From Candidatus Methylomirabilia bacterium (GTDB lineage: Bacteria > Methylomirabilota > Methylomirabilia > Rokubacteriales > CSP1-6): 28,492 nt of DNA. The notes under the pieces are model-generated. The model was not told the DNA's origin, did no database searches, and was given only the letters and a program-made list of their open reading frames with translations. The DNA is taken from positions 1 through 28,492 of the forward strand of contig JBHIBG010000032.1 in assembly GCA_046758965.1 (NCBI GenBank), in the 5' to 3' direction. A program made the translations under genes and the position numbers. Shown one piece after another: positions 11,104 to 21,475 of this stretch (positions within the stretch are counted from its first letter, which is position 1; each line of letters opens with the position of its first letter).

Positions 11104-11720
11104 GGGGCACCTCGCCGGGAGAGCTGGGGGTCGGTCTCGAGAAAGCGGAAGAGATATTTGCCGATCAGATCCATCTCCAGGTTGACGCGGGTGCCGACAG
11201 ACCGCCGCCCCAAGGTCGTCGCCGCCGCCGTGTGCGGAATCAGCATCACCTCGAAGGCTCCCGGGAGCAGGGAGGCTACCGTGAGGCTCACGCCGTCGAC
11301 CGCCACCGATCCCTTGGGGATCAGGTAGCGCTGAAGCGAAGAGTCGGCGAAGGCGACCCTGAGCCGCATGGCTTCGCCTTCTGGAACCATTGCGGTGACC
11401 GTCCCCACTCCGTCTACATGGCCGAGCACGAGGTGGCCGCCTAAGGGGGCACCGAGACGAAGCGGCCGCTCAACGTTCACCAGTTCCCCGGGAACGAGAT
11501 CGCCGAGGGTACTGACCTGGAGAGTCTCGGGACCGAGATCGAAGCCGACGGCGCCCCCGCTTCGTTCGACGACGGTCAAGCAGACACCGTTGACGGCGAG
11601 GCTTACCCCCGGTTCGCTTCCCTCCAGCACGCGGTTGGCCTTCACCGTGAGCCGCCAGACTCCGTTCCGCGGAGTCAGCGAAGCCACCTCTCCCTGCTCT
11701 TCAATGATCCCTGTGAACAT
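11100..11720 (-). CDS. ribE: Riboflavin synthase (alpha chain)
   Basis: MFTGIIEE N-terminus, [46 protein letters not shown]. Confidence 0.95.
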   Translation of the reverse strand: MFTGIIEEQGEVASLTPRNGVWRLTVKANRVLEGSEPGVSLAVNGVCLTVVERSGGAVGFDLGPETLQVSTLGDLVPGELVNVERPLRLGAPLGGHLVLGHVDGVGTVTAMVPEGEAMRLRVAFADSSLQRYLIPKGSVAVDGVSLTVASLLPGAFEVMLIPHTAAATTLGRRSVGTRVNLEMDLIGKYLFRFLETDPQLSRRGAP

Positions 11721-12840
11721 CCGGCCGCTCTATCTCGCCTTCCAGGAGGAAGTCATCACCCACTGACCGCACCCTAACCTCCCGGAGGCGAAATGCCTCC
11801 TTGAGGCCCCTCCCGGGGCCTCCGACGAGACCCGGAGCCTGGACACCCCCCAGGAGGAGCGGAGCGAAGAAGAGTGCTACGCGATCCACGAGGCCCGCCT
11901 CGAGGAACGCCGCATTCAGCTCAGCTCCCCCCTCAAGCAGCAGGGCAACGACCTCCCGACGCGCGAGCGCACCCAGCAGCTCTGGCAGCCCCACCCTCCC
12001 GTCGCGCGCAGGCAGCCGGAGGACGGTAGCGCCCGTGGCTTCAAGCCTTTGGACCCGCCGTCGTGGCGCTCCCTCGGTCACGGCGATCAGGGTCCTGTCC
12101 GGAACCCCGGCTGTGAGCACCTGCGCGGTCGGGGGAGTCCTCCCCTGGCTGTCGACTACCACGCGAAGCGGCTCTCGGGGCCAGGGATCTGGGAGCCTCA
12201 CGGTGAGGCGCGGGTCGTCTGAGAGCACCGTCCCGATCCCCACCACGATGGCGTCCGACAGGCTCCGAAGCCGATGCCCCTCCTGGCGTGCGAGGGGGCC
12301 AGTGATCCAACGCGAGCTCCGATCCCAGCCGGCAATCTTCCCGTCCAGGGTGACGGCCGCCTTCAATGTCACGAACGGGCGGCCCTCTCGCATGGACGTG
12401 AAGAAGGCCCGGTTCAATTCCCTAGCCTCGGCTTCCAGGCACCCGACAGCCACCTCCACACCTGTCTCGCGGAGAGCCGCGATCCCACGTCCGTCGACCT
12501 TCGGGTTCGGATCGGCCACTGCCACCACCACCCGCCGGACCGAGGCGTCGACAACGGCCGGAACGCATGGTGCCGTTCGCCCCTGGTGGACGCACGGCTC
12601 GAGGGTCACATAGAGCGTTCCACCCCTGGCCCGCTCGCCCGCACTCCGGAGCGCCTCGACCTCGGCGTGAGGGGCGCCGGCCTGTCGGTGGTAGCCCTCA
12701 CCGACCACCACGCCGTCCCGCGCCAGGACCGCGCCCACCAGCGGGTTCGGCGAGGTCAATCCCCGAGCGCGAAAGGCCAGTTCAAGCGCGCGCTGCATCA
12801 GAGCGGTATCGTCCACCCGTGCCGTCACTGACACCCCCAT
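11701..12840 (-). CDS. ribD: Bifunctional diaminohydroxyphosphoribosylaminopyrimidine deaminase / reductase
   Basis: TSPNPLVGAV, HAEVEAL, TLEPCVHQGRTAPC, KAAVTLDGKIA, SRWITG, LLEGG. Exact start uncertain (12840, 12834 or slightly downstream). Confidence 0.93.
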   Translation of the reverse strand: MGVSVTARVDDTALMQRALELAFRARGLTSPNPLVGAVLARDGVVVGEGYHRQAGAPHAEVEALRSAGERARGGTLYVTLEPCVHQGRTAPCVPAVVDASVRRVVVAVADPNPKVDGRGIAALRETGVEVAVGCLEAEARELNRAFFTSMREGRPFVTLKAAVTLDGKIAGWDRSSRWITGPLARQEGHRLRSLSDAIVVGIGTVLSDDPRLTVRLPDPWPREPLRVVVDSQGRTPPTAQVLTAGVPDRTLIAVTEGAPRRRVQRLEATGATVLRLPARDGRVGLPELLGALARREVVALLLEGGAELNAAFLEAGLVDRVALFFAPLLLGGVQAPGLVGGPGRGLKEAFRLREVRVRSVGDDFLLEGEIERPDVHRDH

Positions 12841-12884
12841 AGGATAGCCTGCTTGCTCATTTTCTGCACCCACACCGCGCTAGC

Positions 12885-13808
12885 TTACTCGGCAAGCAGG
12901 GCTGACACAAAGGCCTTGGGGTCGAACGGCTCGAGATCCTCGCTTCCCTGGCCGGTTCCCACAAGCTTGATGGGGAGCCCGAGCTCCTGGTGGATCCTGA
13001 CCACGATCCCCCCCTTCGCGGTGCCGTCCAGCTTGGTGAGGACCACGCCAGTGAGGCCCACCTGAGCGTTGAAGAGCTTCGCCTGTGCGAGCCCGTTCTG
13101 GCCAGTCGGGGCGTCGAGCACCATGAGACGCTCGTGGGGGGCGCCCGGGAGCTGCTTTGCACTCACTCGGACAACCTTGGCCAGCTCCTCCATCAGAGGG
13201 CGCTTGGTGTGCAGCCGTCCGGCCGTATCCACGATCAGCGCGTCGACCCCTCGGGCCGTTGCAGCCTTCAGGGCGTCGAAGACGACCGCCCCCGGATCAG
13301 CGCCAGCGGCCTGGCAGATCACCTCCGCACCCGCACGGGCACCCCAGGCCTGGAGCTGCTCGATGGCAGCAGCGCGGAATGTGTCGCCGGCTGCCAGGAG
13401 TACGCTCTTGCCGTTCGCGCGGAGGGCTGCAGCGAGCTTCCCGCACGTGGTGGTTTTTCCGGAGCCGTTGACGCCGAGGACGAATAGCACGGCAGGGGTA
13501 TGGTCAAGGTCTAGTGGCTGCCCGGCAGACTCCAGCGACTCGAGCAGGAGCTGACGAAGCGCCCGCTTCACCTCCTCGATCCCGCTCGCCCGGCCCCCCT
13601 TTGCCTCCTCCGTGAGCCGATCCCTGAGCCCCCGGGCCACTGCGACGCCGAGATCCGCGCCGAGGAGGAGCTCCTCCAGCTGGTCTAGGAGGTGTTCGTC
13701 CAGGGCTTGCGGGCCGGCGAGCAGCGAGCGGAACCCATCGCGAAGGAAGCCCTGAGAGCGGCCGAGCCCTTGGCGCAGCCGGTCGGTAACCGCCGGAACC
13801 CAGCTCAC
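12885..13808 (-). CDS. ftsY: Signal recognition particle receptor FtsY (short form, NG domain only)
   Basis: [43 protein letters not shown] start at 13808 overlaps the upstream TGA (GTGA coupling). Confidence 0.93.
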   Translation of the reverse strand: MSWVPAVTDRLRQGLGRSQGFLRDGFRSLLAGPQALDEHLLDQLEELLLGADLGVAVARGLRDRLTEEAKGGRASGIEEVKRALRQLLLESLESAGQPLDLDHTPAVLFVLGVNGSGKTTTCGKLAAALRANGKSVLLAAGDTFRAAAIEQLQAWGARAGAEVICQAAGADPGAVVFDALKAATARGVDALIVDTAGRLHTKRPLMEELAKVVRVSAKQLPGAPHERLMVLDAPTGQNGLAQAKLFNAQVGLTGVVLTKLDGTAKGGIVVRIHQELGLPIKLVGTGQGSEDLEPFDPKAFVSALLAE

Positions 13809-14551
13809 GACCGGTCTGCTTCGCTCTCGGGCGGGAGGACCAGGTCGTGGATCACTTCGCCCGAGGTGCCCAGCGGGGGAAGGGGCCGACCGTTGAGCTC
13901 GAGGCTGACTCCACCCGCGTTCCCGATAGTGAGGATGAAGCGCTCTCTGGAGGTCCACTGGCGGATCGCGCCAGCGGGGAGCAGCTCTTCCACCACGCGG
14001 CCGTCGTCCAGGTGGATGCGGATCCAGGCAGGCTCGCTGGTCCGGGCCACCAAACGCGCCGGCCCGCCCGGCTCGGCGGGTCTGGAGGCCGGGCGCGGCT
14101 TGGAAACAGGGACTGGGACGGAGGGAGGAGGGGTGGAACTTGCCGGGGCCTCGACTCCGGAGGGCTCTGGGGGTGTGCCCTCCGGCGCTCTGGGGCCGAG
14201 GGTCAGGGCGAAGAAGCTCACGCCGAACACCACCAGCAGCGCAAGGCTTGCCAGCACGGGGCCTCGGTTGCGGGGCGCGGGCCGGCGGAACGGAGCCGGC
14301 CGGGCCAGCGTGACCGCCTCAGCGGTCAGCTCTCGGTAGCGCTGGAGCGCATCATCGGGCAACTCCCCCACCACCTGGCAGTAGGCGCGGATGAATCCCT
14401 TGGTGAACCCGGGAGGCGGAAGCTGGTCATAGGCGTCGGCTTCCAGGGCTTCCAGGTAGTGGTACGACACCCGAGTGGCGTCCGCGATCTCCTCGAGGGA
14501 GAGACCTTTCGCCCTTCGAAGTTCTTGAAAATACTCGCCCAACGACCCCAT
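13805..14551 (-). CDS. rodZ: RodZ-like membrane protein (N-terminal HTH, one TM helix, Pro-rich linker, C-terminal DUF4115-like domain)
   Basis: LGEYFQELRRAKGLSLEEIADATRV..YLEALE...P..FTKGFIRAYC; TM VLASLALLVVFGVSFFALTL; AWIRIHLD...IGNAGGVSLELNG. Confidence 0.8.
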   Translation of the reverse strand: MGSLGEYFQELRRAKGLSLEEIADATRVSYHYLEALEADAYDQLPPPGFTKGFIRAYCQVVGELPDDALQRYRELTAEAVTLARPAPFRRPAPRNRGPVLASLALLVVFGVSFFALTLGPRAPEGTPPEPSGVEAPASSTPPPSVPVPVSKPRPASRPAEPGGPARLVARTSEPAWIRIHLDDGRVVEELLPAGAIRQWTSRERFILTIGNAGGVSLELNGRPLPPLGTSGEVIHDLVLPPESEADRS

Positions 14552-14565
14552 GCGTGCCTGAAGGA

Positions 14566-14594
14566 AGTGTAATCCACAGGGCGGAGAAAATCAA
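14566..14594 (-). promoter_or_regulatory. Candidate sigma70 promoter TTGATT-17-TACACT for rodZ-ftsY(-rib)
   Basis: -35 at 14594-14589 and -10 at 14571-14566, 17 nt spacer, in the smc-rodZ gap. Confidence 0.6.
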
Positions 14595-14616
14595 CGCGGG
14601 AGCGGAGTTGAACTGC

Positions 14617-17600
14617 CTATTCGGCGAGCTTGACCGAGACCAAGCGGGAGAGCCCGGGCTCCTCCATGGTGACGCCGTAGAGGACATCGGCGGTTTCCAT
14701 CGTCTTTCGGTTGTGGGTGATGATAATGAACTGGGTCTGACGGACGAATTCGCGGAGCACTCGATGGAACCGCTGAATGTTCGCGTCATCTAACGGGGCA
14801 TCCACCTCATCCAACACGCAGAAGGGGCTCGGCCGATAGTAGAAGATGGCGAAGAGGAGCGCCAGCCCGGTCAGGGCCTTCTCCCCGCCCGACAGGAGCG
14901 TGACCGACTGGAGGCGCTTCCCCCGCGGCTGCGCCATGAGGTCTATGCCAGCCTCGAGGGGATCGCCCGCTTCCTCGGGCTCGACCAGCCTGAGTTCGGC
15001 CCGCCCGCCCTCAAAGAGCCGGGTGAAGATCTCGCCGAAATGGCGGTTGATGGCTTCGAAGGCGGTCTGGAAGCGCTCCTGGGCCGCGCGGGTCATCCCG
15101 CGGAGAGCTCTCTCGAGATCCTTCATCGACCCGAGCAGGTCGTCGTGCTGCGCGCGAAGGAACGTGAGGCGCTCTTCGAGCTCCCGGTACTCCTCGTCGG
15201 CGAGCAGGTTCAGCGGCCCCATGGTCGCCAGCTTCCCTTCTAGATCGGCGAGGCGGGTGCGCGCATCGTTGAGGTCTCGCTGGGGCTCGTGACGTTGGGA
15301 GAGGGTGTGTCGATCGACGCCAAAACTCCGCCAGGCCTCCTGCTCCAGCTCCTCTCGTCGGACCCGTAGCTCGGTGGCCTTGAGCTCGGCGGCATGGAGG
15401 TCGCTGACCGTTCGGGCGAGCAGCTGTTCGGATTCCGTGACCAGCTTGTCGATCTCCTGGAGCTCAGCCAGGACGGCCTCGTGGTATTGGGCGCTGCTAC
15501 GCTCGGCGATCTCTGCCCGGTTCCGCTCCCCCGCCACCTCCTGGGCGCGCTGGTCGACCCGCTCCCGCTCGAGGGTCAGCTCCGCGCTGCGGCTGGTGAT
15601 CTGCCGGCGCCGCGCCTCGGCCTGTCCCCCCAGCCCTGTCAGCTCCTCCCTGGTCGCCGCCAGGTGACCCTGCTCCCGCTTGAGCGCCTCCACCCGTTCG
15701 CCGAGCGAGGCCCATTCCACCTGACCAGCCGTCAACTCCTCGGCGAGCCGTCCCTCATCGGCCTGAAGGCGGTCGACGGTTTGACGGAGCCCTGCGGAGG
15801 CCTGCTCGAGCGAAGACTCGACCACGCGTGCGGCCTCCGCCTCACCCTCGAGCTCGACCCGGCTCTGCCGGGCCTGCTCCACCTCGGCCTCGACCTGCCG
15901 AGCTTCGGTCATCAGGGTGTCCAGGTACTGGGACAATCGCTCGTGGTCCCGGACGGCTTGCTCCAGATCCTTCTCTCTGGCGAGACGAAGTGCCTCCTCG
16001 GTCTGGATCGTGCGGCTGAGCGTGTCCTGCCGAGCCCTGAGCCGCTGGAGGGTCGCCCCGAGCTCCTCGAGCCGGACCTGAGCCAGGCTCACCTCCCGGC
16101 TCAACCGATCGCGCTCTCCCCTCGCTTCGCGGAGCGCACGTTTCCGTCCGAGGAGCGAGGTCTCGATCTGCTTGTCGTCTCGCGCCTTCCCGCCGCCGGA
16201 GAGACGACCGGCGGCTCCGAGCACCTCGCCGGCGAGCGTGACATAGCTGGCAGCAGCTCCGTTCCGACGCCACAGGGTCTCGGCCTGTTCGAGCCGAGGG
16301 ACCACTGCCACCCGACCGAAGAGGTAGTGGAGCAGGGCGGCGTAGGGCGAACTCACCAGCCGTGCAGCCCACCTGACGTCGGCCTGGTCCTCGGGAAGGT
16401 CGTTGCCGGATGGGAGGGTCTCGAGCGGGAGGAAGGTGGCGGGTCCCGCCCCCCGCTCTTTCAGGAACTCGAGGGCCAGCTTGCAATCCTCGAACTGCTC
16501 CAGGACCACCCACGTGAGCCGCTCTCCGAGGACAGCCTCGACCGCGCGCTCCAGTTCCTGCGGAACGTCGAGGAGATCAGCCACCGTCCCGACGACACCA
16601 CGGACCGTTGTGGAGCCTTCCTCGGTGAAGACGGCTCGGACGCCGGTGCCGTAGCCTTCCCGCTCCCGCTCCAGCTGCTCCAGAGCTTCGAGGCTCGACT
16701 GGCGGGTCGCCAGGGCAAGTCGGAGCTCCGACAGCGCTGCCTGAGCGCGCTCACGGAGAGACTCCGCTTCAGCCCCCTCGGCCCCCAGCCGCGCGCGCTC
16801 ACCCTCGAGAGCGGCGAGGGATTCCAGGGTGCTGTTCCGCTCAGCCTGGAGCGTCGTCCGCCGCGCCGCGAGCTCGCCGAGTTCTGCGCGGCACTGGAAC
16901 AGCTCCTGTTCCAGCCGGTCCTGGCGCTTCCCGAGCTGGTGCTCCCGCTCCCTGAGCTCGCCGATGGCTCGGGTGAGCTCGGCGCGTTCGCCAGCCGCAC
17001 GGACCTGATCCAGGCGGAGAGCCTCCCGGCGCTCCCGGCCAACTCGGAGTTCGGACCTCATCTCGGCCAGCTGGGCCTCCCGGGTGGCGACATCCTGGCC
17101 GAGCCGCCGGTGTGCCTCCTGAGACTCCGCCAGGATGCGGGCCTTGTCTTCCAGTTCGGCCGCCAGGCTCCGGCGTCGCTCGTTGATCAGCCTGATCTCC
17201 TCGGCGGCTCGGACGTCCTCGTTGGCCAGCTCCCGGATCTGAAGCCCGAGTTGCTCGCGCCGCTCCAGGAGTCGCTCCATTTCCACCTGGATCTTCTGAA
17301 CGGTTTGGCGCAAATCTCCCAACCGATGCTCCGCCTCCTGGATCTGCGCGCGCTTCTCTGCCGTCCGGGCCGCCAGGCGTGACAGGTTGACGCTGATCGA
17401 GCCCTGCTCCTGGCGGAGGCGGCCACTCTCAGAGGCGAGGACCTGCTCCTCCGCGAGGAAGCCCGCGTGCTCTGCGGCGACGAGCGTCAGGGCCAGAGCC
17501 TGCTTCTCCTGGTGAAGGGCCTTGTACTGTCGGGCTCTACGGGCCTGGCGCTCCAGGGATCCGAGTTGGCGCCTGACCTCGTCCATCACGTCTTTGACCC

Positions 17601-18165
17601 GGAGGAGGTTCAGGCGGGTCGCCTCAAGCTTCCCCAGCGTTTCGGCTCGCTGCTGCTTGTAGCGACTGATGCCTGCCGCCTCCTCGATGAGGACCCGTCG
17701 GTCAACGGGCCTGGCGGTGAGGACCTGGTTCAGCCGTTCCTGGTCCATGAGCGCGTATGCCTTGGGGTTCGCGCCGGTGCCGACGAAGAGGTCCAGGATG
17801 TCGCGCAGGCGGCAGAGGGTCTGGTTGAGGAGGTACTCGCTCTCGCCGGTGCGGTAGAGCCGCCGGCTCACCTGCACCTCGGTCCAGGGAACGGACAGCG
17901 TCCCGTCGTTGGAGAAGACCAGGCTTACTTGGGCTAGGCCCACCGGCTTGCGGGAGGCCGACCCGTGGAAGATCACATCCTCCATCCGCGACCCGCGGAG
18001 GGACTTCGGACTCTGCTCACCGAGTGCCCAGCGGATGGCTTCCGAGATGTTGCTCTTCCCGGTTCCGTTGGGGCCCACGATGGCCGTGATGCCGGGAAGG
18101 ATCTTGAGCTCGGTCTTCTCAGCGAAGGACTTGAAGCCGTGGAGGACGATGCTCTCTAGGCGCAT
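14617..18165 (-). CDS. smc: Chromosome segregation protein SMC
   Basis: GFKSF, Walker A GPNGTGKSN, long coiled coils, hinge region (GVVGTVADLL...ATFLPL), LSGGEK, Walker B/D-loop CVLDEVDAPLD. Confidence 0.96.
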   Translation of the reverse strand: MRLESIVLHGFKSFAEKTELKILPGITAIVGPNGTGKSNISEAIRWALGEQSPKSLRGSRMEDVIFHGSASRKPVGLAQVSLVFSNDGTLSVPWTEVQVSRRLYRTGESEYLLNQTLCRLRDILDLFVGTGANPKAYALMDQERLNQVLTARPVDRRVLIEEAAGISRYKQQRAETLGKLEATRLNLLRVKDVMDEVRRQLGSLERQARRARQYKALHQEKQALALTLVAAEHAGFLAEEQVLASESGRLRQEQGSISVNLSRLAARTAEKRAQIQEAEHRLGDLRQTVQKIQVEMERLLERREQLGLQIRELANEDVRAAEEIRLINERRRSLAAELEDKARILAESQEAHRRLGQDVATREAQLAEMRSELRVGRERREALRLDQVRAAGERAELTRAIGELREREHQLGKRQDRLEQELFQCRAELGELAARRTTLQAERNSTLESLAALEGERARLGAEGAEAESLRERAQAALSELRLALATRQSSLEALEQLEREREGYGTGVRAVFTEEGSTTVRGVVGTVADLLDVPQELERAVEAVLGERLTWVVLEQFEDCKLALEFLKERGAGPATFLPLETLPSGNDLPEDQADVRWAARLVSSPYAALLHYLFGRVAVVPRLEQAETLWRRNGAAASYVTLAGEVLGAAGRLSGGGKARDDKQIETSLLGRKRALREARGERDRLSREVSLAQVRLEELGATLQRLRARQDTLSRTIQTEEALRLAREKDLEQAVRDHERLSQYLDTLMTEARQVEAEVEQARQSRVELEGEAEAARVVESSLEQASAGLRQTVDRLQADEGRLAEELTAGQVEWASLGERVEALKREQGHLAATREELTGLGGQAEARRRQITSRSAELTLERERVDQRAQEVAGERNRAEIAERSSAQYHEAVLAELQEIDKLVTESEQLLARTVSDLHAAELKATELRVRREELEQEAWRSFGVDRHTLSQRHEPQRDLNDARTRLADLEGKLATMGPLNLLADEEYRELEERLTFLRAQHDDLLGSMKDLERALRGMTRAAQERFQTAFEAINRHFGEIFTRLFEGGRAELRLVEPEEAGDPLEAGIDLMAQPRGKRLQSVTLLSGGEKALTGLALLFAIFYYRPSPFCVLDEVDAPLDDANIQRFHRVLREFVRQTQFIIITHNRKTMETADVLYGVTMEEPGLSRLVSVKLAE

Positions 18166-18229
18166 TGTTCAGTAGGAAACACACCTTTTTCATCTCTTAC
18201 CACGAGGGAGCCCGAGGGCAAAGAAAAAA

Positions 18230-18276
18230 ATACTACGCTTAGTAGGAGTCCGAGGTCCGAGCGCTAGATGTTGAAG
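18230..18276. promoter_or_regulatory. Tandem candidate NrdR-like boxes upstream of smc
   Basis: ATACTACGCTTAGTAG (18230-18245) and GCGCTAGATGTTGAAG (18261-18276), 31 bp apart; compared with the consensus acaCwAtATaTwGtgt. Confidence 0.4.
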
Positions 18277-18340
18277 GATCTGGATGACTGATGTCGGGCC
18301 AACCGCTGAGCGTCACGACGAGACAGGGAGGGGCGGGTAC

Positions 18341-21103
18341 CTAAGCGCTCTTCAAGAGGCAGCACTTCTTGTACTTCTTCCCCGACCCGCAGGGACACGG
18401 GTCATTACGGCCCACCTTTCGACCGCTGGCGGTCCGAGGCCCGGCACTGATGGCAGGGCTCCTCGGGGCCTCCCCGTGCGACTCGACGGCCTGGGCGAAG
18501 GGATTCCGCATCTCAGGAGCCGCCTCTCGGACCAGCTGGACTTTGAAGAGCCATTCGACCACCTGCCCCTTCACGCGATCCTCCATGTCCTGGAAGAGGT
18601 CGAAGGCCTCGCGCTTGTACTCGGTGAGCGGGTCGCGCTGGCCGTAGCCCCGGAGCCCGATCCCCTCCTTCAGGTGGTCCATGGAGAGCAGGTGATCCTT
18701 CCACTGGCTGTCGAGCACCTGAAGCATGACCACTCGCTCCATGTGCCGCATCGTATCGGCCCCGAGCTCCTCCTCGCGGCTCTTGTACCGTCGCTCCACC
18801 GTCTCCCAGAGCCGGTCGCGCAGCCGTTCCCGGGAGAATTCCTCGCTCGGGTGGGCTTCGGCGGGCAGACGAAGGTCGAACTGCCGGTAAAGGGCCTCCG
18901 AAAGTCCCGCGAGGTCCCAATCCTCTGGATGCGCATCCTGGGGCGCGTAGAGGTCTAGGATGGTCTCGAGCATCTCCTCGATCGCCGCCCGGATCGTTTC
19001 CTCCTGGCTCTCGCCGGCGAGGATTTCTCGACGGGTCCTGTAGATCTCCGTCCGTTGTTTGTTCATCACGTCGTCATACTCGAGAAGGTGCTTGCGGATC
19101 TCGAAGTTGCGGCTCTCCACGCGCTTCTGAGCCGTGGCGATGGCGCGGGTCACGAGCTTGTGCTCGATGGGCTCCCCTTCCTCCATCCCCAGCCGGTCCA
19201 TGATCTTCTGAATTCGCTCCGAGCCGAAGATCCTCAGGAGGTCGTCTTCGAGGGAGAGGTAAAAGCTCGACGAGCCGGGATCTCCCTGCCGACCGGAGCG
19301 ACCACGGAGCTGGTTGTCGATCCGGCGGGCCTCGTGCCGCTCGGTGCCGATGATGTGGAGACCCCCGAGCTGGACTACCCGGCGGTGTTCGGGCTCGGTG
19401 ATACGCCGAGCCTCCTCCAACGTCCGCCCGCGCTCCTCGGGCGGAGCCGTGAGCGGGTCCAGCCCCTTCTTTCTCAGCAGCTCCTTGGCGAGGAAATCGG
19501 GGTTGCCGCCCAGGAGGATGTCAGTCCCCCGCCCGGCCATGTTGGTGGCGATCGTGACGGCCGATTCCCGACCCGCCTGAGCCACGATCTCCGCTTCTCG
19601 CTCGTGGTACTTGGCGTTGAGGACCTGATGGGGAATGCCGCGCTTCTTGAGGAGCGCCGACAGACGCTCGGATCTCTCAATGGAGACCGTACCGACCAGC
19701 GTGGGTTGGCCCTTCTCGTGGCAGGCCGCGATCTCCCTGACCACCGCGTCGAACTTCTCCCGCTCGGTCTTATAGACCACATCCGGATAGTTGTGACGGA
19801 TCAGCGGGCAGTTGGTGGGGATCACGACAACATCCAGCTTGTAGATCTTGGCGAACTCTTCGGCCTCGGTCTCTGCGGTGCCGGTCATTCCGGCGAGCTT
19901 CTCGTACATCCGGAAGTAGTTCTGAAAGGTGATCGTGGCCAGCGTCTGGTTCTCGCGCTCGATCCGGACGCCTTCCTTGGCTTCCACCGCTTGATGGAGG
20001 CCGTCGGACCAGCGGCGGCCCGGCATCAGCCGGCCGGTGAACTCGTCCACGATCATCACCTGGCCGTCCCTCACCACGTAGTCCACGTCCTTCTTGAAAA
20101 GGGTGTGCGCCCGAAGCCCCTGGTTGACGTGGTGGAGCGTCTCCATGTGGATCGGATCGTAGAGGTTCTCGACTCCCAAGAGCTGCTCGCAGCGGGCGAT
20201 CCCCTGCTCGGTCAAGGTCACGGTCTTGGACTTTTCGTCGACGATATAGTCGCCAGCGCGACTGGCCTCGATCTCACTCAGCTTGCCTTCCACGATGATC
20301 GCCGCCCGCTTGAGCCGAGGAATGATCCGGTCGATCTTGTAGTACTTGTCGGTGGACTCCTCGGTGGGACCAGAGATGATGAGCGGGGTGCGAGCCTCAT
20401 CGACGAGGATGGAGTCGACCTCGTCCACGATCGCGAAATGGAGCTCACGCTGAACCACTTCCTCGAGGGTGAAGCGCATGTTGTCCCGGAGATAGTCGAA
20501 TCCGAACTCGTTGTTGGTGCCGTACGTGATGTCGGCGTAATACGCCTCCCGCCGCGTGCAGGGGCGGAGGGCGGCCAACCGCACGTCCCTCGAGGGGTAG
20601 GTCGGGTCGTAGACGAAGGAGGCGTCGTGCTGGATCACCCCCACCGAGAGCCCCAGAGCGTGGTAGATCGGACCCATCCACTGAGCGTCCCGGCGGGCCA
20701 GGTAATCGTTGACCGTCACGATGTGGACGCCCCGGCCGGTCAGGGCGTTCACATACGCGGGGAGGGTGGCCACCAGCGTCTTCCCCTCGCCCGTGACCAT
20801 CTCGGCGATCTTCCCTTCGTGGAGCACCATGCCCCCCATCAGCTGGACGTCAAAATGGCGCATTCCGACAGCCCGGCGGGCCACTTCCCGGCAGACTGCG
20901 AAGGCCTCGGGGAGCAGGTCTTCGAGCCCTTCGCCATCGGCCAGGCGTGTCCGGAACTCGTCCGTCTTCGCCCGGAGAGCCTGGTCCGACTGAGTCCGGA
21001 GGGAGGGCTCCAGACTGTTCATGGCCTCGACGGCTGGGCGCATCCGCTTGACGTCGCGGTCGTGCTTTGTGCCGAAGAGGGAGCGGAGGATCACGCCTAG
21101 CAT
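18341..21103 (-). CDS. secA: Preprotein translocase subunit SecA
   Basis: [78 protein letters not shown] motif [18 protein letters not shown]. Confidence 0.97.
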   Translation of the reverse strand: MLGVILRSLFGTKHDRDVKRMRPAVEAMNSLEPSLRTQSDQALRAKTDEFRTRLADGEGLEDLLPEAFAVCREVARRAVGMRHFDVQLMGGMVLHEGKIAEMVTGEGKTLVATLPAYVNALTGRGVHIVTVNDYLARRDAQWMGPIYHALGLSVGVIQHDASFVYDPTYPSRDVRLAALRPCTRREAYYADITYGTNNEFGFDYLRDNMRFTLEEVVQRELHFAIVDEVDSILVDEARTPLIISGPTEESTDKYYKIDRIIPRLKRAAIIVEGKLSEIEASRAGDYIVDEKSKTVTLTEQGIARCEQLLGVENLYDPIHMETLHHVNQGLRAHTLFKKDVDYVVRDGQVMIVDEFTGRLMPGRRWSDGLHQAVEAKEGVRIERENQTLATITFQNYFRMYEKLAGMTGTAETEAEEFAKIYKLDVVVIPTNCPLIRHNYPDVVYKTEREKFDAVVREIAACHEKGQPTLVGTVSIERSERLSALLKKRGIPHQVLNAKYHEREAEIVAQAGRESAVTIATNMAGRGTDILLGGNPDFLAKELLRKKGLDPLTAPPEERGRTLEEARRITEPEHRRVVQLGGLHIIGTERHEARRIDNQLRGRSGRQGDPGSSSFYLSLEDDLLRIFGSERIQKIMDRLGMEEGEPIEHKLVTRAIATAQKRVESRNFEIRKHLLEYDDVMNKQRTEIYRTRREILAGESQEETIRAAIEEMLETILDLYAPQDAHPEDWDLAGLSEALYRQFDLRLPAEAHPSEEFSRERLRDRLWETVERRYKSREEELGADTMRHMERVVMLQVLDSQWKDHLLSMDHLKEGIGLRGYGQRDPLTEYKREAFDLFQDMEDRVKGQVVEWLFKVQLVREAAPEMRNPFAQAVESHGEAPRSPAISAGPRTASGRKVGRNDPCPCGSGKKYKKCCLLKSA

Positions 21104-21106
21104 TGC

Positions 21107-21123
21107 AGGTACTTATTGTACCT
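21107..21123 (-). promoter_or_regulatory. Candidate secA -10 box (TACAAT, 21120-21115) inside the palindrome AGGTAC-N5-GTACCT
   Basis: Read directly; the box ends 11 nt upstream of the secA ATG and there is no SD. Confidence 0.45.
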
Positions 21124-21135
21124 CAGCGGCGGGGG

Positions 21136-21173
21136 AAAAAAACAAAACCCCCGGCCGCACTGCGGCCGGGGGT
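21136..21173 (-). terminator. Rho-independent terminator after csp
   Basis: 12 bp perfect stem ACCCCCGGCCGC / GCGGCCGGGGGT with a 3 nt loop, followed on the minus strand by TTTGTTTTTTT; ~20 nt after the csp stop. Confidence 0.88.
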
Positions 21174-21194
21174 CGGTTGCGGCAAGGTGCCGCG

Positions 21195-21398
21195 CTAGGC
21201 TTTCGTGACCTTGGTGGCCTGAAGCCCCTTGGGACCCTGGGTGACCTCAAACTCCACCTTCTGCCCTTCGGTGAGCGTTTTGAAGCCGTCATCCTGGATG
21301 GCGGAGTAGTGAACGAAGACGTCCTCCCCGTCTTCCTGCTCGATGAACCCATACCCCTTGGCGTCGCTAAACCACTTGACCTTCCCGATCTTCCCCAT
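21195..21398 (-). CDS. csp: Cold-shock protein, CspA family (67 aa)
   Basis: [15 protein letters not shown] (RNP1), DVFVHYSAI (RNP2), [16 protein letters not shown] 21398 with AGGAGGAG SD. Confidence 0.95.
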   Translation of the reverse strand: MGKIGKVKWFSDAKGYGFIEQEDGEDVFVHYSAIQDDGFKTLTEGQKVEFEVTQGPKGLQATKVTKA

Positions 21399-21446
21399 GC
21401 GTCTGACTCCTCCTCTTTCTGCGGAAACAGTGAAAACCCGAAAAGT

Positions 21447-21475
21447 AGTATAGGAACCGCTTTCTGGGCTGTCAA
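21447..21475 (-). promoter_or_regulatory. Near-consensus sigma70 promoter TTGACA-17-TATACT for csp
   Basis: -35 TTGACA at 21475-21470 (overlapping the recN TGA) and -10 TATACT at 21452-21447. Confidence 0.8.

Noticed and set aside
12841..12884. FMN riboswitch or nrdR upstream of ribD
   Set aside because: The gap is only ~45 nt, with no RFN motifs and no room for nrdR.
15394..17382. 662 aa plus-strand ORF
   Set aside because: Antisense shadow of smc; stop-free reverse frames are expected in high-GC coding DNA and it shows no motifs.
19055..21100. 681 aa plus-strand ORF (also 117-953, 4295-5488, 5406-6311 and similar)
   Set aside because: Antisense shadows of secA, clpC, lysS and prfB.
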